A stretch of DNA of 64,000 nt from Clostridia bacterium (lineage in GTDB: Bacteria; Bacillota; SHA-98; UBA4971). How positions within the stretch are numbered: position 1 is the stretch's first letter; every line of letters starts with the position of its first letter. Shown piece by piece: positions 12,379 to 23,186 of the stretch. The DNA is taken from positions 19,756 to 83,755 of the forward strand of contig JBLNDA010000020.1 of assembly GCA_050261175.1 (NCBI GenBank), read 5' to 3'. The notes beneath the pieces are model-generated. The model worked only from the letters and a program-made list of their open reading frames with translations, ran no database searches and had not been told where the DNA came from. Position numbers and translations under genes: made by a program.

Positions 12379-14231
12379 CCGAGCCTTGCCCTCCCTGAGG
12401 TTGAATGACGCGTGCGCCTCCTCACGCCGCCCGGGACGGCTCCGCCACGGCGGCGCAGCCACCACACCCCGACCGAAAGCCCCGCTAGAACCGGCGACGA
12501 CACACCTATCGCCGCCGTCTGAAGCAAATCAACACAGTACTTGAACGCCCTGTGAAGATCGGGCAGGTAGTGAGTGAACCTCACACCTTCGCCCGCCACG
12601 AAGGCGGCAACCTGGAGGACAAGGGTGAACACGATCAGGTAGACGCAGGCCAAACCGGCAAGAAGCGCGTCAAGTGGCCGCTTGCGCGCCTCCCGCGCGA
12701 GCCACCACCCTGAGACCCCTGTCGCAAGCAGCCCGCACACGGCCGAGTCAGCCACCCTCCACGCGAAGAACGGCGCGACCTCGCTCTCGCTGTTGAAGAC
12801 GCTCATGGAAAACGCGATGCCGCGCGCGAGCACGAGGCCGTAGTACGCGGCAAAGTACACCGCTGCTCCAACCACAGGGATTCTGAGATTCGCGACGCGC
12901 CTGCCTGAGATGATCGCAAGCCCCCACGCGAGCCCGCCGAGCACCACCAGGATCGCGGGTATGCTCACCAGGCGCTGCGCGCCGAGAAACCGCCGGCGCG
13001 CGCCGGACATCGCACTCAAGACCTGGCTGTCTATCTGAAAGGCAAGCTCCGTTGCCTCATCGTACTTGCCGTCATTGTGAAGGAGGACCGCGTTGGAGAT
13101 CGGTTCGACCGCCGGTGGCCGCGCCCCGAGCACGCGGAGATAGCCCTCGGCGAAAGCGCGCCTCGCCTCAGCCTGCCTTATGGCCCTCTCAGCGACTACG
13201 TGCGGAGCCGCGTCCAGCCCCTCGAAGAGGACCCTGCCCTGCGAGTGGGCAGGAACAGGGATGCCGAGGAGCGCGGCGCACGTGGCAGCCACGTCCTCCT
13301 GTCGGGCCGGCACCCACGAGATCTCCGCCCCAGGGCGCTCAGGCGTGACAATCCCCGCCCCGGCCGCGGCCAGCGGGACCCGGATGACGTCCTCCTCCCA
13401 GCCCCCGTGCCCGCCTCGCGGCGTGTGCCCGTGGTCAGACGTCACGATTATCGTGTCACTTGTGAGATCGAGGCTCGCCACGATCTTCCCGATCCTCGCA
13501 TCCACGCCGGCCGACGCCGCAGCGTAGGCTGAGCTCGCGGCGCCGGAGGCGTGCCCGGCGGCATCCACCGACGAGAAGTGCACAACGACGAGGCGGGCGT
13601 CGCCTCTCTCGATCTCCCCTAGAGCCGCGCGGAGGACGTCACCGTCGGCCTTTTCGCTCGCAGCGGCGTCTGCGGCCGCAACGGCGTCGACGTACGTCGC
13701 GCGCCCGACGGCCGTGCCCAAGAGAGCCTTCCAATCCTCGCTGGCGACAAGCGCGGTCTCGACCCCCGTGCGTCGCGCGGCCTCGAAGAGGTTATCCACG
13801 AGGACAGCGCCCTCGTATGCATTGGTCGTCACCCCGGAGATCTCCGGAGGCGCGCCTGTGAGGAGCGTGGTCCATCCGGGATAGGAGAATGACGGTTGGT
13901 GGACCAGGAGCGAGAAAGCGGCGCCGCGACTCCCGATGTCCTTCAACACGGGCATCTCATCGACTCCCCCGAACCCGAGGCCGTCGACTATCACGAGGAC
14001 GAGCCTCCGCGTCACCCGCGCGGTGGACTCCCCCGGCTCGATCGCGAAGGAATACGGGCTTCGGTAGCCCACGACGTCTTCAAGCCCCGACGTGGCGAGC
14101 CGCCACGACACGAATCCCAGGCATATCATGACAGCGAAGGCCAGCACGATCGCCGGTCCCCCGCCTCGAAGCCTCCGGCCCCGAAGCCGCCCTGCCGCTT
14201 GCCCAGCCACGCCTGCCATGGGATTCATCAC
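12375..14231 (-). CDS. Alkaline-phosphatase-superfamily membrane protein (type I phosphodiesterase / nucleotide pyrophosphatase core with N- and C-terminal TM segments)
   Basis: 618 aa. Core motifs LVIVDGLGFG, HFSSVDAAGH and TSDHGHTPRGGHG. Hydrophobic termini. Confidence 0.65.
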   Translation of the reverse strand: MMNPMAGVAGQAAGRLRGRRLRGGGPAIVLAFAVMICLGFVSWRLATSGLEDVVGYRSPYSFAIEPGESTARVTRRLVLVIVDGLGFGGVDEMPVLKDIGSRGAAFSLLVHQPSFSYPGWTTLLTGAPPEISGVTTNAYEGAVLVDNLFEAARRTGVETALVASEDWKALLGTAVGRATYVDAVAAADAAASEKADGDVLRAALGEIERGDARLVVVHFSSVDAAGHASGAASSAYAAASAGVDARIGKIVASLDLTSDTIIVTSDHGHTPRGGHGGWEEDVIRVPLAAAGAGIVTPERPGAEISWVPARQEDVAATCAALLGIPVPAHSQGRVLFEGLDAAPHVVAERAIRQAEARRAFAEGYLRVLGARPPAVEPISNAVLLHNDGKYDEATELAFQIDSQVLSAMSGARRRFLGAQRLVSIPAILVVLGGLAWGLAIISGRRVANLRIPVVGAAVYFAAYYGLVLARGIAFSMSVFNSESEVAPFFAWRVADSAVCGLLATGVSGWWLAREARKRPLDALLAGLACVYLIVFTLVLQVAAFVAGEGVRFTHYLPDLHRAFKYCVDLLQTAAIGVSSPVLAGLSVGVWWLRRRGGAVPGGVRRRTRHSTSGRARLG

Positions 14232-14261
14232 CTCGCAACACCGCCGAGCCCAGTCGTCTCT

Positions 14262-15146
14262 TCAATTCGTTTTCGACACATCGGGCCCATTCCCTCCATC
14301 CGCGCTTGCCGCGCTTGCGACGAGCTCACGCCACCTCCTGTCGAGAGCGTCCACTATCCAGTCCGGCGCACGCACCCCTCCCAGCACGGCGGGCTCGTCG
14401 GGCGCGACACCGTGGAAGTCGCTCCCTCCCGTGACGATGAGCCCTCGCTGCCCGGCGATCTCCACCCACCGCCTCGTGACCTCATGGTCATGAGCCGGGT
14501 AGTATGCCTCGACTCCCTCCAATCCGGCACGGATGAGATCGTCGAGGAGAGCCTCCCCCGCCGTTCTCCCAGGGTGGGCCAACACTGGAACACCGCCCGC
14601 GGTCCGCACCAGGCGGACGGCTTCCGTCGGGGTCAACCCGTAGTGCTCCACGTACGCAAGGCCCTCTTTCCCCAGGTACTTTTCGAAGTCGCCATAGCGG
14701 CGCTCCGGCCTCGCGTATCCCAGGTTCACCATGGCGCGGAAGATCTGGCTCCTCCCGACCACCCCTCCCTTCCCAAGGCTCAAGACGTAAGGCATGGAGA
14801 TACGTATGCCAAGACTGCCCAGTTTTTGCAGTATTCTTTCGGCCCTGGCGATCCGTCCCTGCCTTAGCACGCGGAGGGTCTCCAGGAACACCGGCGAGGT
14901 GGTGTCGATGTGATAGCCGAGGATGTGAACCTCAACCTCCTCCGAGTCGCTTGACAACTCCACGCCTGGTATGACTCTCACGCCCAACCGCACCCCGGCG
15001 GACACCGCCTCCCGCACACCGGCGACGGTGTCGTGATCCGTGACCGCGATGGTCTTTACGTTTCTGTCCGATGCCAATCGAACGAGCGCTTCGGGAGAAT
15101 AGCGCCCATCCGACGCCGTCGAATGAACGTGAAGGTCGATCGCCAA
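14262..15146 (-). CDS. PHP-domain metal-dependent phosphoesterase
   Basis: Motifs IDLHVHSTASDGR and HP..SDFH. Likely TTG start at 15146 (GAGGGGG RBS). The ORF-track 5' extension to 15227 is not PHP-like. Confidence 0.7.
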   Translation of the reverse strand: MAIDLHVHSTASDGRYSPEALVRLASDRNVKTIAVTDHDTVAGVREAVSAGVRLGVRVIPGVELSSDSEEVEVHILGYHIDTTSPVFLETLRVLRQGRIARAERILQKLGSLGIRISMPYVLSLGKGGVVGRSQIFRAMVNLGYARPERRYGDFEKYLGKEGLAYVEHYGLTPTEAVRLVRTAGGVPVLAHPGRTAGEALLDDLIRAGLEGVEAYYPAHDHEVTRRWVEIAGQRGLIVTGGSDFHGVAPDEPAVLGGVRAPDWIVDALDRRWRELVASAASADGGNGPDVSKTN

Positions 15147-15269
15147 CCGAAAGTCCCCCTCGCGACCCCCACAGAAACACAGGAGCCGCACTCCTTGCTG
15201 TCCCGTACATGCAATTATTGCCCGCAAGTGTCAGTTTATTTCCCGCGGCCGCGGACATAATACTATCGC

Positions 15270-15685
15270 AAAGGTCCTCGTTGGGCCGAGCTAAGACCGC
15301 CGTGCGCCTCTTCCTGTGCGCTGCAGGCCTGGAAAGCCTCACGGCGATCGAGCGAAGGGCGGCTCTTTGCCTTGCGTCTGCAACGCCTGGGCCGCTTGAG
15401 CGAAGGTCAGCTCGCGGCCTCCCAAGGATCCGTCCGGGCCGGAAGGCCTTGCCGGGTTCAAAAGAAGTCGCCTCTGGCCGAGCCAAGACCTGCATTGGTC
15501 CAAAGACAGTCTGTCCGCGGTTGAAAGATCGCGTATGGTCTGCCCAAGATCTCTGCCGGTCGGTCAAAGGTTGCGTCCGGTTCTGTAATGTACTGCAGCC
15601 AGAGGTTGCGCCGGCCGGAAGGTCGTTGCAGCCTCGTTAGGGATCGGACACAGCCGGCGAGAAGGTCCCCGAGGACCTTTGCCTT
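15270..15685. repeat. Array of about 16 degenerate tandem repeats of ~20-22 bp each (unit roughly cAAGGn(6-10)CCGG, with variants caaagacagtctgtccgcggtt / gaaagatcgcgtatggtctgcc / caagatctctgccggtcggt). Non-coding.
   Basis: Read directly in the 650-bp intergenic region between hup and the PHP gene. The period is not a multiple of 3 and there is no credible ORF. Coordinates approximate. Confidence 0.5.
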
Positions 15686-15740
15686 TCTACCGCTGCTTAC
15701 CGTGTCGAGATGTGCCGCCCCCGGTTCCTGAGAGGAAAAT

Positions 15741-15760
15741 GGGTTGCCTTCCGGCAACCC
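15741..15760 (-). terminator. Perfect hairpin GGGTTGCC-ttcc-GGCAACCC just downstream of hup; candidate hup terminator
   Basis: 8-bp GC-rich stem, 4-nt loop, about 40 nt after the hup stop. The trailing U-tract is weak (AUUUUCC). Confidence 0.35.
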
Positions 15761-15798
15761 GTTACCGCTATTGGAAAACCCGGTCTCTATAGTATGGA

Positions 15799-16077
15799 CT
15801 ATCTTGCGGCAACCTTGTCCTTGAGAGCCTTGCCAGCCTTGAACACCGGCACCTTGGAAGCGGCGATCTTGATCGATGCGCCAGTCCTCGGATTCCTCCC
15901 AGTGCGCGCAGCGCGCTTCCTCACCTCGAAAGTGCCGAAGCCAACGAGCTGCACCTTGTCTCCGGAAGCAAGAGCGGTCTCCACAGCTTCCAGCGTCGCG
16001 CCTATGACTTTCTCGACATCTTTCCGCTTGGCTCCTGTTTGCTCGGCAACTTTCGCAACGAGTTCCGCCTTATTCAA
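15799..16077 (-). CDS. hup: HU-family DNA-binding protein
   Basis: TTG start at 16077 with a GGAGGA RBS, giving 92 aa ([15 protein letters not shown]...[21 protein letters not shown]). Confidence 0.85.
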   Translation of the reverse strand: MNKAELVAKVAEQTGAKRKDVEKVIGATLEAVETALASGDKVQLVGFGTFEVRKRAARTGRNPRTGASIKIAASKVPVFKAGKALKDKVAAR

Positions 16078-16228
16078 CTCAGTTCCTCCTTCCACCCTTT
16101 GAATGCTTTGGTCACACGGTTTTGCCTGACCTCTGCCATTTGCTATTCGATGCGATTCGGCATTCTCCTGCTCGCCGTGGCGAAAAATGCTGATATCACG
16201 CCATGCTCGCCGATGGAAAATCATGCCT

Positions 16229-17113
16229 TCAATCCTCTGGATATGATCTCTCCACGACTTGACCCGATTTACCCAGGGGGCCGACGTGTATCCCATTGTA
16301 AGTCACGTCGATTCCACTGGCGTTGCCGACCTTGATACGGATGGACTTCTTTGCGTGCCAAGTGGCCCGCTCCCCGGCGAGCATCGAACGCTCGAAGACC
16401 ACTCTGCCGTCGGCCACCACCCTCACCCAGCACCGCTCTGTTATTTGCACCGAAAGCTCGTGGCCCTCGCCAGCCGGGGAGGCCTCCTGTGGCTCAGACA
16501 CCGCAGGCTGCGACTCAGCAGGCTGCGGGGATGGCGTCACCGGCGCGGGCTGCATGGCGGCATCCCCCTTCCCCTCCTGCCCTGCCTCCGCAGGCGCCTC
16601 TTCTAGGCGCGGCTCCGGGAGGATCTGGCTTTCCGACGAAGTGAGGGCATCGCTCGTCACGACGTCCGCGTCAGGCTCGACGTACGAAGCGTGCGGCGGG
16701 CCGGACATGCCAGCTGGACCGGAGGGCGCGCGCACTTGGCGCCATACAGCGGCGCCCACGAGCACAACCAGCGCGGAGATCGCCCCTACAGCGATCAGGA
16801 AGTGCCGCGACATTCTGAGTTTTTTCGACATGTCTTGCCGTTTGTCGGGAGGTGCTTCCGGGGCCTTTCCCATCTCAACTTGGGCGCGCGCCGCCTTGTA
16901 CCTCTCCACGACCTCGTCCCCGCAGAGGCCCACGGCCTCTGCATAGCTGCGCAGGAATCCCCTGACGTACACCTCCCCTGGGAGAACCTCGAAGTTTCCT
17001 CGCTCCATTGCCTCCAGATAGCGACCACGTATCTTCGTGGCCTCCTGCACGTCGGAAATCGCAAGACCCTTGGCTTCCCGCGCCTTCCTCAGAAGTTCGC
17101 CGAGCTCTCGCAC
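16229..17113 (-). CDS. rodZ: RodZ-like cytoskeleton protein (XRE HTH + TM + C-terminal DUF4115-like domain)
   Basis: N-terminus [38 protein letters not shown] matches RodZ. Likely GTG start at 17113 after GGAGGGGGG. Confidence 0.7.
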   Translation of the reverse strand: MRELGELLRKAREAKGLAISDVQEATKIRGRYLEAMERGNFEVLPGEVYVRGFLRSYAEAVGLCGDEVVERYKAARAQVEMGKAPEAPPDKRQDMSKKLRMSRHFLIAVGAISALVVLVGAAVWRQVRAPSGPAGMSGPPHASYVEPDADVVTSDALTSSESQILPEPRLEEAPAEAGQEGKGDAAMQPAPVTPSPQPAESQPAVSEPQEASPAGEGHELSVQITERCWVRVVADGRVVFERSMLAGERATWHAKKSIRIKVGNASGIDVTYNGIHVGPLGKSGQVVERSYPED

Positions 17114-17176
17114 GACGCATCCCCCCTCCGGTGCGCTCTCGAACCCCTCTGACCTGCACGGTCCCAGCTTCATGCT

Positions 17177-19501
17177 TCACGAGTCGCGGGCTGAGTCGCG
17201 GGCTTTCGCCCGGATCGCGTCCCACCTTTCAAGGGTCATGAGGACCTTTCGCGGCTTGCTGCCCTCATACGGGCCGACGAGGCCGCGCGACTCCATGGCG
17301 TCGATGAGCCTTGCCGCCCGTGTGTACCCGATCCTGAACCTCCGCTGGAGCTTCGAGATGGATGCCTCCTCCGTCTCCAGTATGAGCCTCACCGCATCCT
17401 CGAACAGCGGGTCCTCCTCGCCAAGGCTTTCACCGTCGGTAGCTTCCCTCGTGACGCTTTCCGCGACGTACGTCGGCTCCGCCTGCGCCTTCACGAAGTC
17501 CACGATCGCCTCGATCTCCGAGTCAGAGACGTACGCGCCCTGAACTCTGATTGGCTTGGGCGCTCCAACAGGGAAGAACAACATGTCTCCTTTCCCGAGA
17601 AGCCGCTCTGCGCCGCCCGTGTCGAGGATGACCCTGGAATCCACCTGGGAGGGCACGGCGAAAGCGATCCGGGACGGTATGTTCATCTTTATGATTCCCG
17701 TGACGACATCCGCCGAAGGTCTCTGAGTGGCGAGCACCAGGTGAATCCCGGCTGCGCGTGCCATGAAGGCCAGCTGCGAGACGACATCCTCCACGTCTTT
17801 CTGGGCCACCATCATGAGATCGCCCAGTTCGTCTATGATGACGACTATGTATGGAAGAGGCCTGGCCTCGGGATCGTGAAGCTTGCCCGCCTTGGAGAGA
17901 GCGTTGTACCTCTCGATGTTCCTCACACCGTTCGCACCCAGCAACCTGTAACGGTTGTCCATCTCCTGGGCGACCCACCTCAGATAGCCGCCGGCTTCCC
18001 TCGTATCGGTAACCACTGGCGCGAGGAGGTGGGGTACCCCGTCGTAGGTTGTGAGTTCCACGCGCTTCGGGTCTATCATGAGGAGCTTGACCTCCTCAGG
18101 CGTGGCCTTGAAGAGGATGCTCGCGATGAGGGCGTTGAGGCACACGCTCTTGCCCGAGCCTGTGGCTCCCGCAACCAGCAGGTGGAGCATGTTCTCGAGG
18201 TCGCCGACCACCGGCTTACCGGCGATGTCCTTTCCCAGCGCTATTGCGAGCTTACTCTTGTGTCTCTGAAACTCGCTGGATTGCAGGACCTCTCTCAGGT
18301 AAACGAAGGAGACCTCCGGGTTCGGAACCTCGATCCCGATTGCGGACTTGCCCGGTATCGGCGCTTCGAGCCGGACGCCGGACGAGGCCAAGGCCAGCGC
18401 GATGTCGTCGGAAAGGCTCATGATCTTGCTCACTTTGATGCCGGGAGCAGGCGTCAGCTCATACCTGGTCACCACAGGACCCCGGTCGACTTGACTGACC
18501 TTGCCTTTTACGCCAAAGCTGGCGAGCGTCTCCTCCAGCAGCCTCGAGTGATCCGGCGTCTCCCCTTGCTTCCATCTGGCAGGCCTCGCGGGGTACCCGA
18601 GGAGGGTGATCGGGGGCAACACGTACCCCCCCTCGCAAGGAGGGTCCGCCTTTTTCCCAGGGACCACATGACCGCCTGCGGCAGGGGTGCAAGCGGCAGT
18701 GTGAGCCCCCTCCTTCGCGACGGCGGTCATTCCTCTTTTGGGGTTGCGCCCCCTCACCTCGTCCGGCGTCCGCACTTCCGGAGCCTCGGCCGGGGGCCCA
18801 GGCGGCGGTGGCGCCGGGCGGCGTTCACCCGCTTCAATGTCAGGCGACTCCGCCTCCTCGAAAAGAGGCAAGAGGATCCGCCGCGCAACGAACGAGACCG
18901 CGCGCACGAAAGCGCACACGACCGCCGTGAGGCCTCTCGCACCGAGCCTCGCCCCCCGCGCAGAAGCCCTGACAAGACCCGTGACGAGCCGCGGCACGGG
19001 CACATCCGCGGCCAGGCTCACGCCGGCAAGCAGCACCACGGCACACGACACCACGGCACCAACCTTCCCCACGGCCCACGAAAGCCATCTTGCGATATGG
19101 GACCCTGCCATCCCTGCGCCGGCGAGGCCGAGGAGCGCGCCGGCGATGCACAGGAGCCCGCTTGCGCGCGCCGCTATGGCGGGCCCGTCGTGTTCGACCG
19201 CGATGTCGACCCCTACCGCCACGAGGACCATCGGTATCAGCGCCGCCCAGTCGCCTGCGACCGCGCGCAACGCCACGGCCAGCCTTTCTCCCGCCGCCCC
19301 CGCGGCGTATCTCAAGCCAAGCTGGTCGGAAAAGAGGCATACGAGGCAGAACACGCCCGCGCCAGCCCAGAGCGTGCCCAGCACAGCCAGGAGGTGAGCG
19401 CGGTACTTCCCCGCGGGACGCTTCGGGGAGAACCCCCTCCTGCCTTTGCTTTCCCTTACGCTTTCTTTTTCTTTGAATAGACTTCTGGAGACTCCAGGCA
19501 T
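17177..19501 (-). CDS. ftsK: DNA translocase FtsK/SpoIIIE
   Basis: 774 aa. N-terminal TM helices, P/A-rich linker, motor domain with GATGSGKS Walker A, C-terminal gamma wHTH domain. Confidence 0.85.
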   Translation of the reverse strand: MPGVSRSLFKEKESVRESKGRRGFSPKRPAGKYRAHLLAVLGTLWAGAGVFCLVCLFSDQLGLRYAAGAAGERLAVALRAVAGDWAALIPMVLVAVGVDIAVEHDGPAIAARASGLLCIAGALLGLAGAGMAGSHIARWLSWAVGKVGAVVSCAVVLLAGVSLAADVPVPRLVTGLVRASARGARLGARGLTAVVCAFVRAVSFVARRILLPLFEEAESPDIEAGERRPAPPPPGPPAEAPEVRTPDEVRGRNPKRGMTAVAKEGAHTAACTPAAGGHVVPGKKADPPCEGGYVLPPITLLGYPARPARWKQGETPDHSRLLEETLASFGVKGKVSQVDRGPVVTRYELTPAPGIKVSKIMSLSDDIALALASSGVRLEAPIPGKSAIGIEVPNPEVSFVYLREVLQSSEFQRHKSKLAIALGKDIAGKPVVGDLENMLHLLVAGATGSGKSVCLNALIASILFKATPEEVKLLMIDPKRVELTTYDGVPHLLAPVVTDTREAGGYLRWVAQEMDNRYRLLGANGVRNIERYNALSKAGKLHDPEARPLPYIVVIIDELGDLMMVAQKDVEDVVSQLAFMARAAGIHLVLATQRPSADVVTGIIKMNIPSRIAFAVPSQVDSRVILDTGGAERLLGKGDMLFFPVGAPKPIRVQGAYVSDSEIEAIVDFVKAQAEPTYVAESVTREATDGESLGEEDPLFEDAVRLILETEEASISKLQRRFRIGYTRAARLIDAMESRGLVGPYEGSKPRKVLMTLERWDAIRAKARDSARDS

Positions 19502-19600
19502 AGCAGGACCTCCGTGCCGCCCTGGAGACTTCTACGCATCCGCCCGAATTCCTCCACGGGCCGCATCCGGCGCTCCCCGCGGCGAGCTGCGGCAACGACC

Positions 19601-21232
19601 CTACTCATGCGGGGGAACCGCGTTCTGGACGACGGCGTCGGCGAGGTTGACCGCATGGTCCGCCATGCGCTCGAGGTTGTCCACGACTTCGACGTAGATG
19701 ACTCCGGACGCCGGGGAGCACCTCCCCTGGTTCAACCGCCTGAGGTGGCTCGTTCGGAGAACCTCCTCGAGCTCGTCGATGTACTTTTCCTTTTCCCACA
19801 CGTCCTGCGCGAGTGCGGGATCGTTCTTCTCGAGGGCTTGGACCGCGTCGGAAATGACCTCGTCGACCCGCCTGAAAAGGTCTCTCAACTCGGCTTTGGC
19901 TTCGTCGGAGAACTCAAGCCCTTGCTCGACCTTGTCGATGGCGAACTCGGAAATGTTCACGGCATGATCGCCGATGCGCTCGATGTCGTTCACCACGTGC
20001 AGCATTCCAGCGAGCCTTGTCGATTGGGGCTGGGTGAGCACGCCTTGGGCCATGACGGTCGAGAGGTACAAGATTATCTCGGCCTGGAGGTTGTCCACCA
20101 CGTCCTCGCGAGCGTTGATGCTCTTGGAAACCGCGCTCGGCCTGCCCGCGAGGAGCGCCTCTCCGGCATCCTTCACCATCTCGCGGGCTAACCCGGCCAT
20201 CCTAACGAGTTCCCTCACCGCGAGCTGGAGGGCGACAGATGGCGTGGACAGCATGCGCTTGTCCAGGTACTTAGGGCCGTGCTCCATGATGATTTCCTTG
20301 CCGGGACACGCCGCGGTCGCAATCCGTGCAAGGACGCCGGCCATGGGGAGCCACACCAGGGTGTTCAGGACGTTGAACGACGTGTGGGCGTTCGCTATGA
20401 GACGCTCGATGTCGCCCGACGGCGTGACCATGTACACGAACGCCTTGAACAACTGCAGCAGACTAAGGAACAGGATGGTCCCGAACACATTAAAGAGCAC
20501 GTGAACCACGGCCGTCCTCCGTGCGGACAGGTTCGCGCCTACGCTCGCCAGGACCGCCGTGATGCATGTTCCTATATTGTCGCCGAAAAGCACCGGCACC
20601 GCGGCGTCGAACCCGACTATCCCCTGGGACGCAGCGGCCATGAGGAGGCCGATGGTCGCGCTCGAGCTCTGAATGATCACTGTCATGGCCAGTCCGGCAA
20701 GCACCCCAAGAAAGGGGTACTTCCCAAGGTTCCCTATCCACCGCACGAAAGCTGGGTCGCCGCGCAGCGGCTTCATGGTGTCGGTCATGATCGTCATGCC
20801 CAGGAACAGCAGGCCGAACCCGAGAATGACCTGGCCCAGGTACTTGTGGATCTTCTTGCGCGAGAAAAAGGTGATGATGAAGCCCAAACCCACCGCGGGA
20901 AGAGCCAGGTCCGAAAGGTTGAAAGCAATGAGCTGCGCCGTCATGGTCGTGCCTATGTTGGCCCCCATGATCACTCCAACCGCCTGCTTCAGTGTCATGA
21001 GGCCCGCGTTCACGAAGCTCACTAGCATGACCGTGGTCGCGCTGGAGCTCTGGATGACGGCCGTGACAACGGTTCCCACGATCACCCCCATCCATGTCCT
21101 CGCGGTGAGGACCTCGAGGATCTTCCGCATCCTGTCGCCGGCCGCCTTCTGCAGACCTTCGCCCATCTGCATCATTCCGTAGATGAAGAGCCCGAGGCCG
21201 CCGAGGAGTCCGGCTATTACTGAAATGGTCAC
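19601..21232 (-). CDS. Na/Pi-cotransporter family protein with C-terminal PhoU-like domains
   Basis: 543 aa. Duplicated QSSSATT / QSSSATIGL motifs. Two C-terminal PhoU-like repeats. Confidence 0.8.
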   Translation of the reverse strand: MTISVIAGLLGGLGLFIYGMMQMGEGLQKAAGDRMRKILEVLTARTWMGVIVGTVVTAVIQSSSATTVMLVSFVNAGLMTLKQAVGVIMGANIGTTMTAQLIAFNLSDLALPAVGLGFIITFFSRKKIHKYLGQVILGFGLLFLGMTIMTDTMKPLRGDPAFVRWIGNLGKYPFLGVLAGLAMTVIIQSSSATIGLLMAAASQGIVGFDAAVPVLFGDNIGTCITAVLASVGANLSARRTAVVHVLFNVFGTILFLSLLQLFKAFVYMVTPSGDIERLIANAHTSFNVLNTLVWLPMAGVLARIATAACPGKEIIMEHGPKYLDKRMLSTPSVALQLAVRELVRMAGLAREMVKDAGEALLAGRPSAVSKSINAREDVVDNLQAEIILYLSTVMAQGVLTQPQSTRLAGMLHVVNDIERIGDHAVNISEFAIDKVEQGLEFSDEAKAELRDLFRRVDEVISDAVQALEKNDPALAQDVWEKEKYIDELEEVLRTSHLRRLNQGRCSPASGVIYVEVVDNLERMADHAVNLADAVVQNAVPPHE

Positions 21233-21372
21233 TGTTCCTCCTCCAAATGGCTTTCATCCGGCGTCTGCACCGCGTCCCGCCCCTGCACCACCCGTCACCG
21301 AGCCGAGGGCGGCTCACGTTTCACTCGTGACCGGCCGCAGCCGCCGCGCCGGTTCCCCCTGGCCGCCTAGCC

Positions 21373-22212
21373 TTACCCCGCTAGGAGCGCCCAGGCCATT
21401 ACCGCCGCGCCGACGAGCCAAGTGTACACCGCGAACACCATGAACCTTCCCCGCCTCAAGGCCGAGAACACGAGGTGGATCGCCACGTACCCCGAAACGA
21501 CGCTGGCGGCCGCACCTGCGAGAAAAGGCGCCGCGAAGCCCTTCGTAAGGCCCACTTTCACGAGGTCGGGCAGCTCGAGCACGCTGGCCCCGAGGATTAC
21601 CGGTATGGAGAGGAGAAAAGAGAACCTCGCCGCGTCGTCGCGCCTCAGCCCGAGCAGGAGACACGTGCTGATGGTCGCGCCCGAGCGAGAAAAGCCCGGC
21701 GCCACCGCCAGCCCCTGCGCCACGCCGACACACAACGCGCCCAAAGGCCCCAACCGGCCCAGGGGAGTCTCTCCTGCGTTCACCCTGTCGCCGATCCACA
21801 ACACGAGCCCCGTCGCGACGAGGAAAGCTCCCACAGCGAACTTCGACGCGAAGAGCCGCTCCACGGCGGGCTCGAGCGCAAGCCCTATGAACGCGGTGGG
21901 GACGCTCGCGACAACGATCAGAGAAACCGTCCTCCGCCAGTCATCCCGCGAGACAGCCTTGCCCAGGCTTGTCCCCCGGGCGACGTCTCTTGCGATGCCT
22001 ATCGCCGCCGCTACGACGCGCGCCACTTCGCGTCTGAGAACCACGACAACCGAAACCAGCGTGCCGAGGTGCACGAGGACGTCGAACGATACCAGCGCTT
22101 CCCGAGCCTTGAGGATCTCCCGGGCGATGACGAGGTGGCCTGAGCTCGACACCGGCAGGAACTCGGTGAGTCCCTGCACCATCCCCAGGACCACGGCTTT
22201 CACAACGTCCAT
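21373..22212 (-). CDS. uppP: Undecaprenyl-diphosphatase
   Basis: ATG at 22212 (M88 of ORF 21373..22473). MDVVKAVVLGMVQGLTEFLPVSSSGHL is a BacA/UppP signature. Confidence 0.85.
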   Translation of the reverse strand: MDVVKAVVLGMVQGLTEFLPVSSSGHLVIAREILKAREALVSFDVLVHLGTLVSVVVVLRREVARVVAAAIGIARDVARGTSLGKAVSRDDWRRTVSLIVVASVPTAFIGLALEPAVERLFASKFAVGAFLVATGLVLWIGDRVNAGETPLGRLGPLGALCVGVAQGLAVAPGFSRSGATISTCLLLGLRRDDAARFSFLLSIPVILGASVLELPDLVKVGLTKGFAAPFLAGAAASVVSGYVAIHLVFSALRRGRFMVFAVYTWLVGAAVMAWALLAG

Positions 22213-23186
22213 GTCCGCCCTCCCCTCACGATGTCCACGAACCTGCGGGACCACGGTAGAATAGCCACGATGGACAGCAAGTTGAAAAGCGTGTGGGCAT
22301 TGGCTATCCCGCGCCCCGGGTCCAGCCCGGATACAGCCTCCACGAGCCGGAGGAACGGCCCGAACACCGGGAGGACGCACGCCACTCCCGCTACGTTGAA
22401 GGCAAGGTGCAGAACAGCCGCCCTCCTCGCGGTCCATGACGCCCCGACGCTGGCAGCGAGTGTAGTCACACAAGTACCAATGTTGCTGCCGAGAGCGACG
22501 GCCACCGCGGACTTGAGATCCACGACGCCTTGCCGCGCGAGCCCGATGAGCACGACCGTCGCCACACTGGAACTCTGGATGAGCCCGGTGAGAACCGCAC
22601 CCGCCGCAACCCCAAGCGCCGGCACCTGCCCCAGCACGACCAGGAACTCAACGACCCACGGTACGCCTCCGACCCAAGCCATTGCGGAAGAAGTCACTCC
22701 CGCGCCCCACAGAATGCATCCGAGGCCGCCCAGCACGACCCCGATGTCGCGGTTCAGAGGGCGCCTCGCCGCCAGGTACAGCGCAAGCCCGGCACAGACG
22801 ACGGGGATGCCGAGCGACTCCGCCCGAAACGAGGCTATCTGCGCAGTCACGCATGTCCCGAGGTTGGCCCCCATTATCACCCCGAAAGCCTGGTAGAGGT
22901 CAAGGACCCCGGCATCGACCAGCCCCACCACCATCGCCGTGACCGCGCTCGAGCTCTGGAGGACCGCAGTCACGACAACGCCTGTCACGGTTCCCGTCAG
23001 GGGCGTGCGCGTGAACCCTCTCAGGGCCTCCTCCGCCCGGCTGCCTGCTGCACCCATGAGCCCCGCCCGCAGCAACCGGACGCCCGCAAGAAAGAGGCCC
23101 ACCCCCGCAAGCAGCCGACAGAGCGAGCTGGCCACGCCGCACATCTCCCCCACTTGCGAAGATCCGCCCAAGCGCGTCGGTCTCAA
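22200..23186 (-). CDS. Na/Pi-cotransporter family membrane protein, short paralogue lacking PhoU domains
   Basis: 328 aa. LQSSSAVTAMVVGL and QSSSVATVVLIGL repeats. Overlaps the uppP start by 13 nt. Confidence 0.65.
   Translation of the reverse strand: MRPTRLGGSSQVGEMCGVASSLCRLLAGVGLFLAGVRLLRAGLMGAAGSRAEEALRGFTRTPLTGTVTGVVVTAVLQSSSAVTAMVVGLVDAGVLDLYQAFGVIMGANLGTCVTAQIASFRAESLGIPVVCAGLALYLAARRPLNRDIGVVLGGLGCILWGAGVTSSAMAWVGGVPWVVEFLVVLGQVPALGVAAGAVLTGLIQSSSVATVVLIGLARQGVVDLKSAVAVALGSNIGTCVTTLAASVGASWTARRAAVLHLAFNVAGVACVLPVFGPFLRLVEAVSGLDPGRGIANAHTLFNLLSIVAILPWSRRFVDIVRGGRTWTL

Noticed and set aside
15140-15190. RNase P RNA-like motifs (GAAAGUCC and ACAGAAA) at the edge of the long intergenic region
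   Set aside because: The two motifs are only about 20 nt apart, whereas in RNase P RNA they are about 300 nt apart. No P4 pairing partner or other conserved RNase P elements are present. They sit in the PHP gene's RBS/leader.
15270-15685. Repeat array considered as a CRISPR array
   Set aside because: The units are degenerate rather than exact and are contiguous without unique spacers. The unit length of about 21 bp is too short, and there are no cas genes in the window.
19514-20191. 225-aa ORF antisense to the NptA/PhoU gene. Dozens of similar antisense or overlapping ORFs appear throughout the track, e.g. 3003..4616, 17741..19480, 20279..21025, 21422..22264 and 33278..34273.
   Set aside because: These are typical long spurious ORFs in about 68% GC DNA. 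They are R/P/G/A-rich and low-complexity, have no recognisable domains, and are fully nested in strongly supported genes on the other strand.
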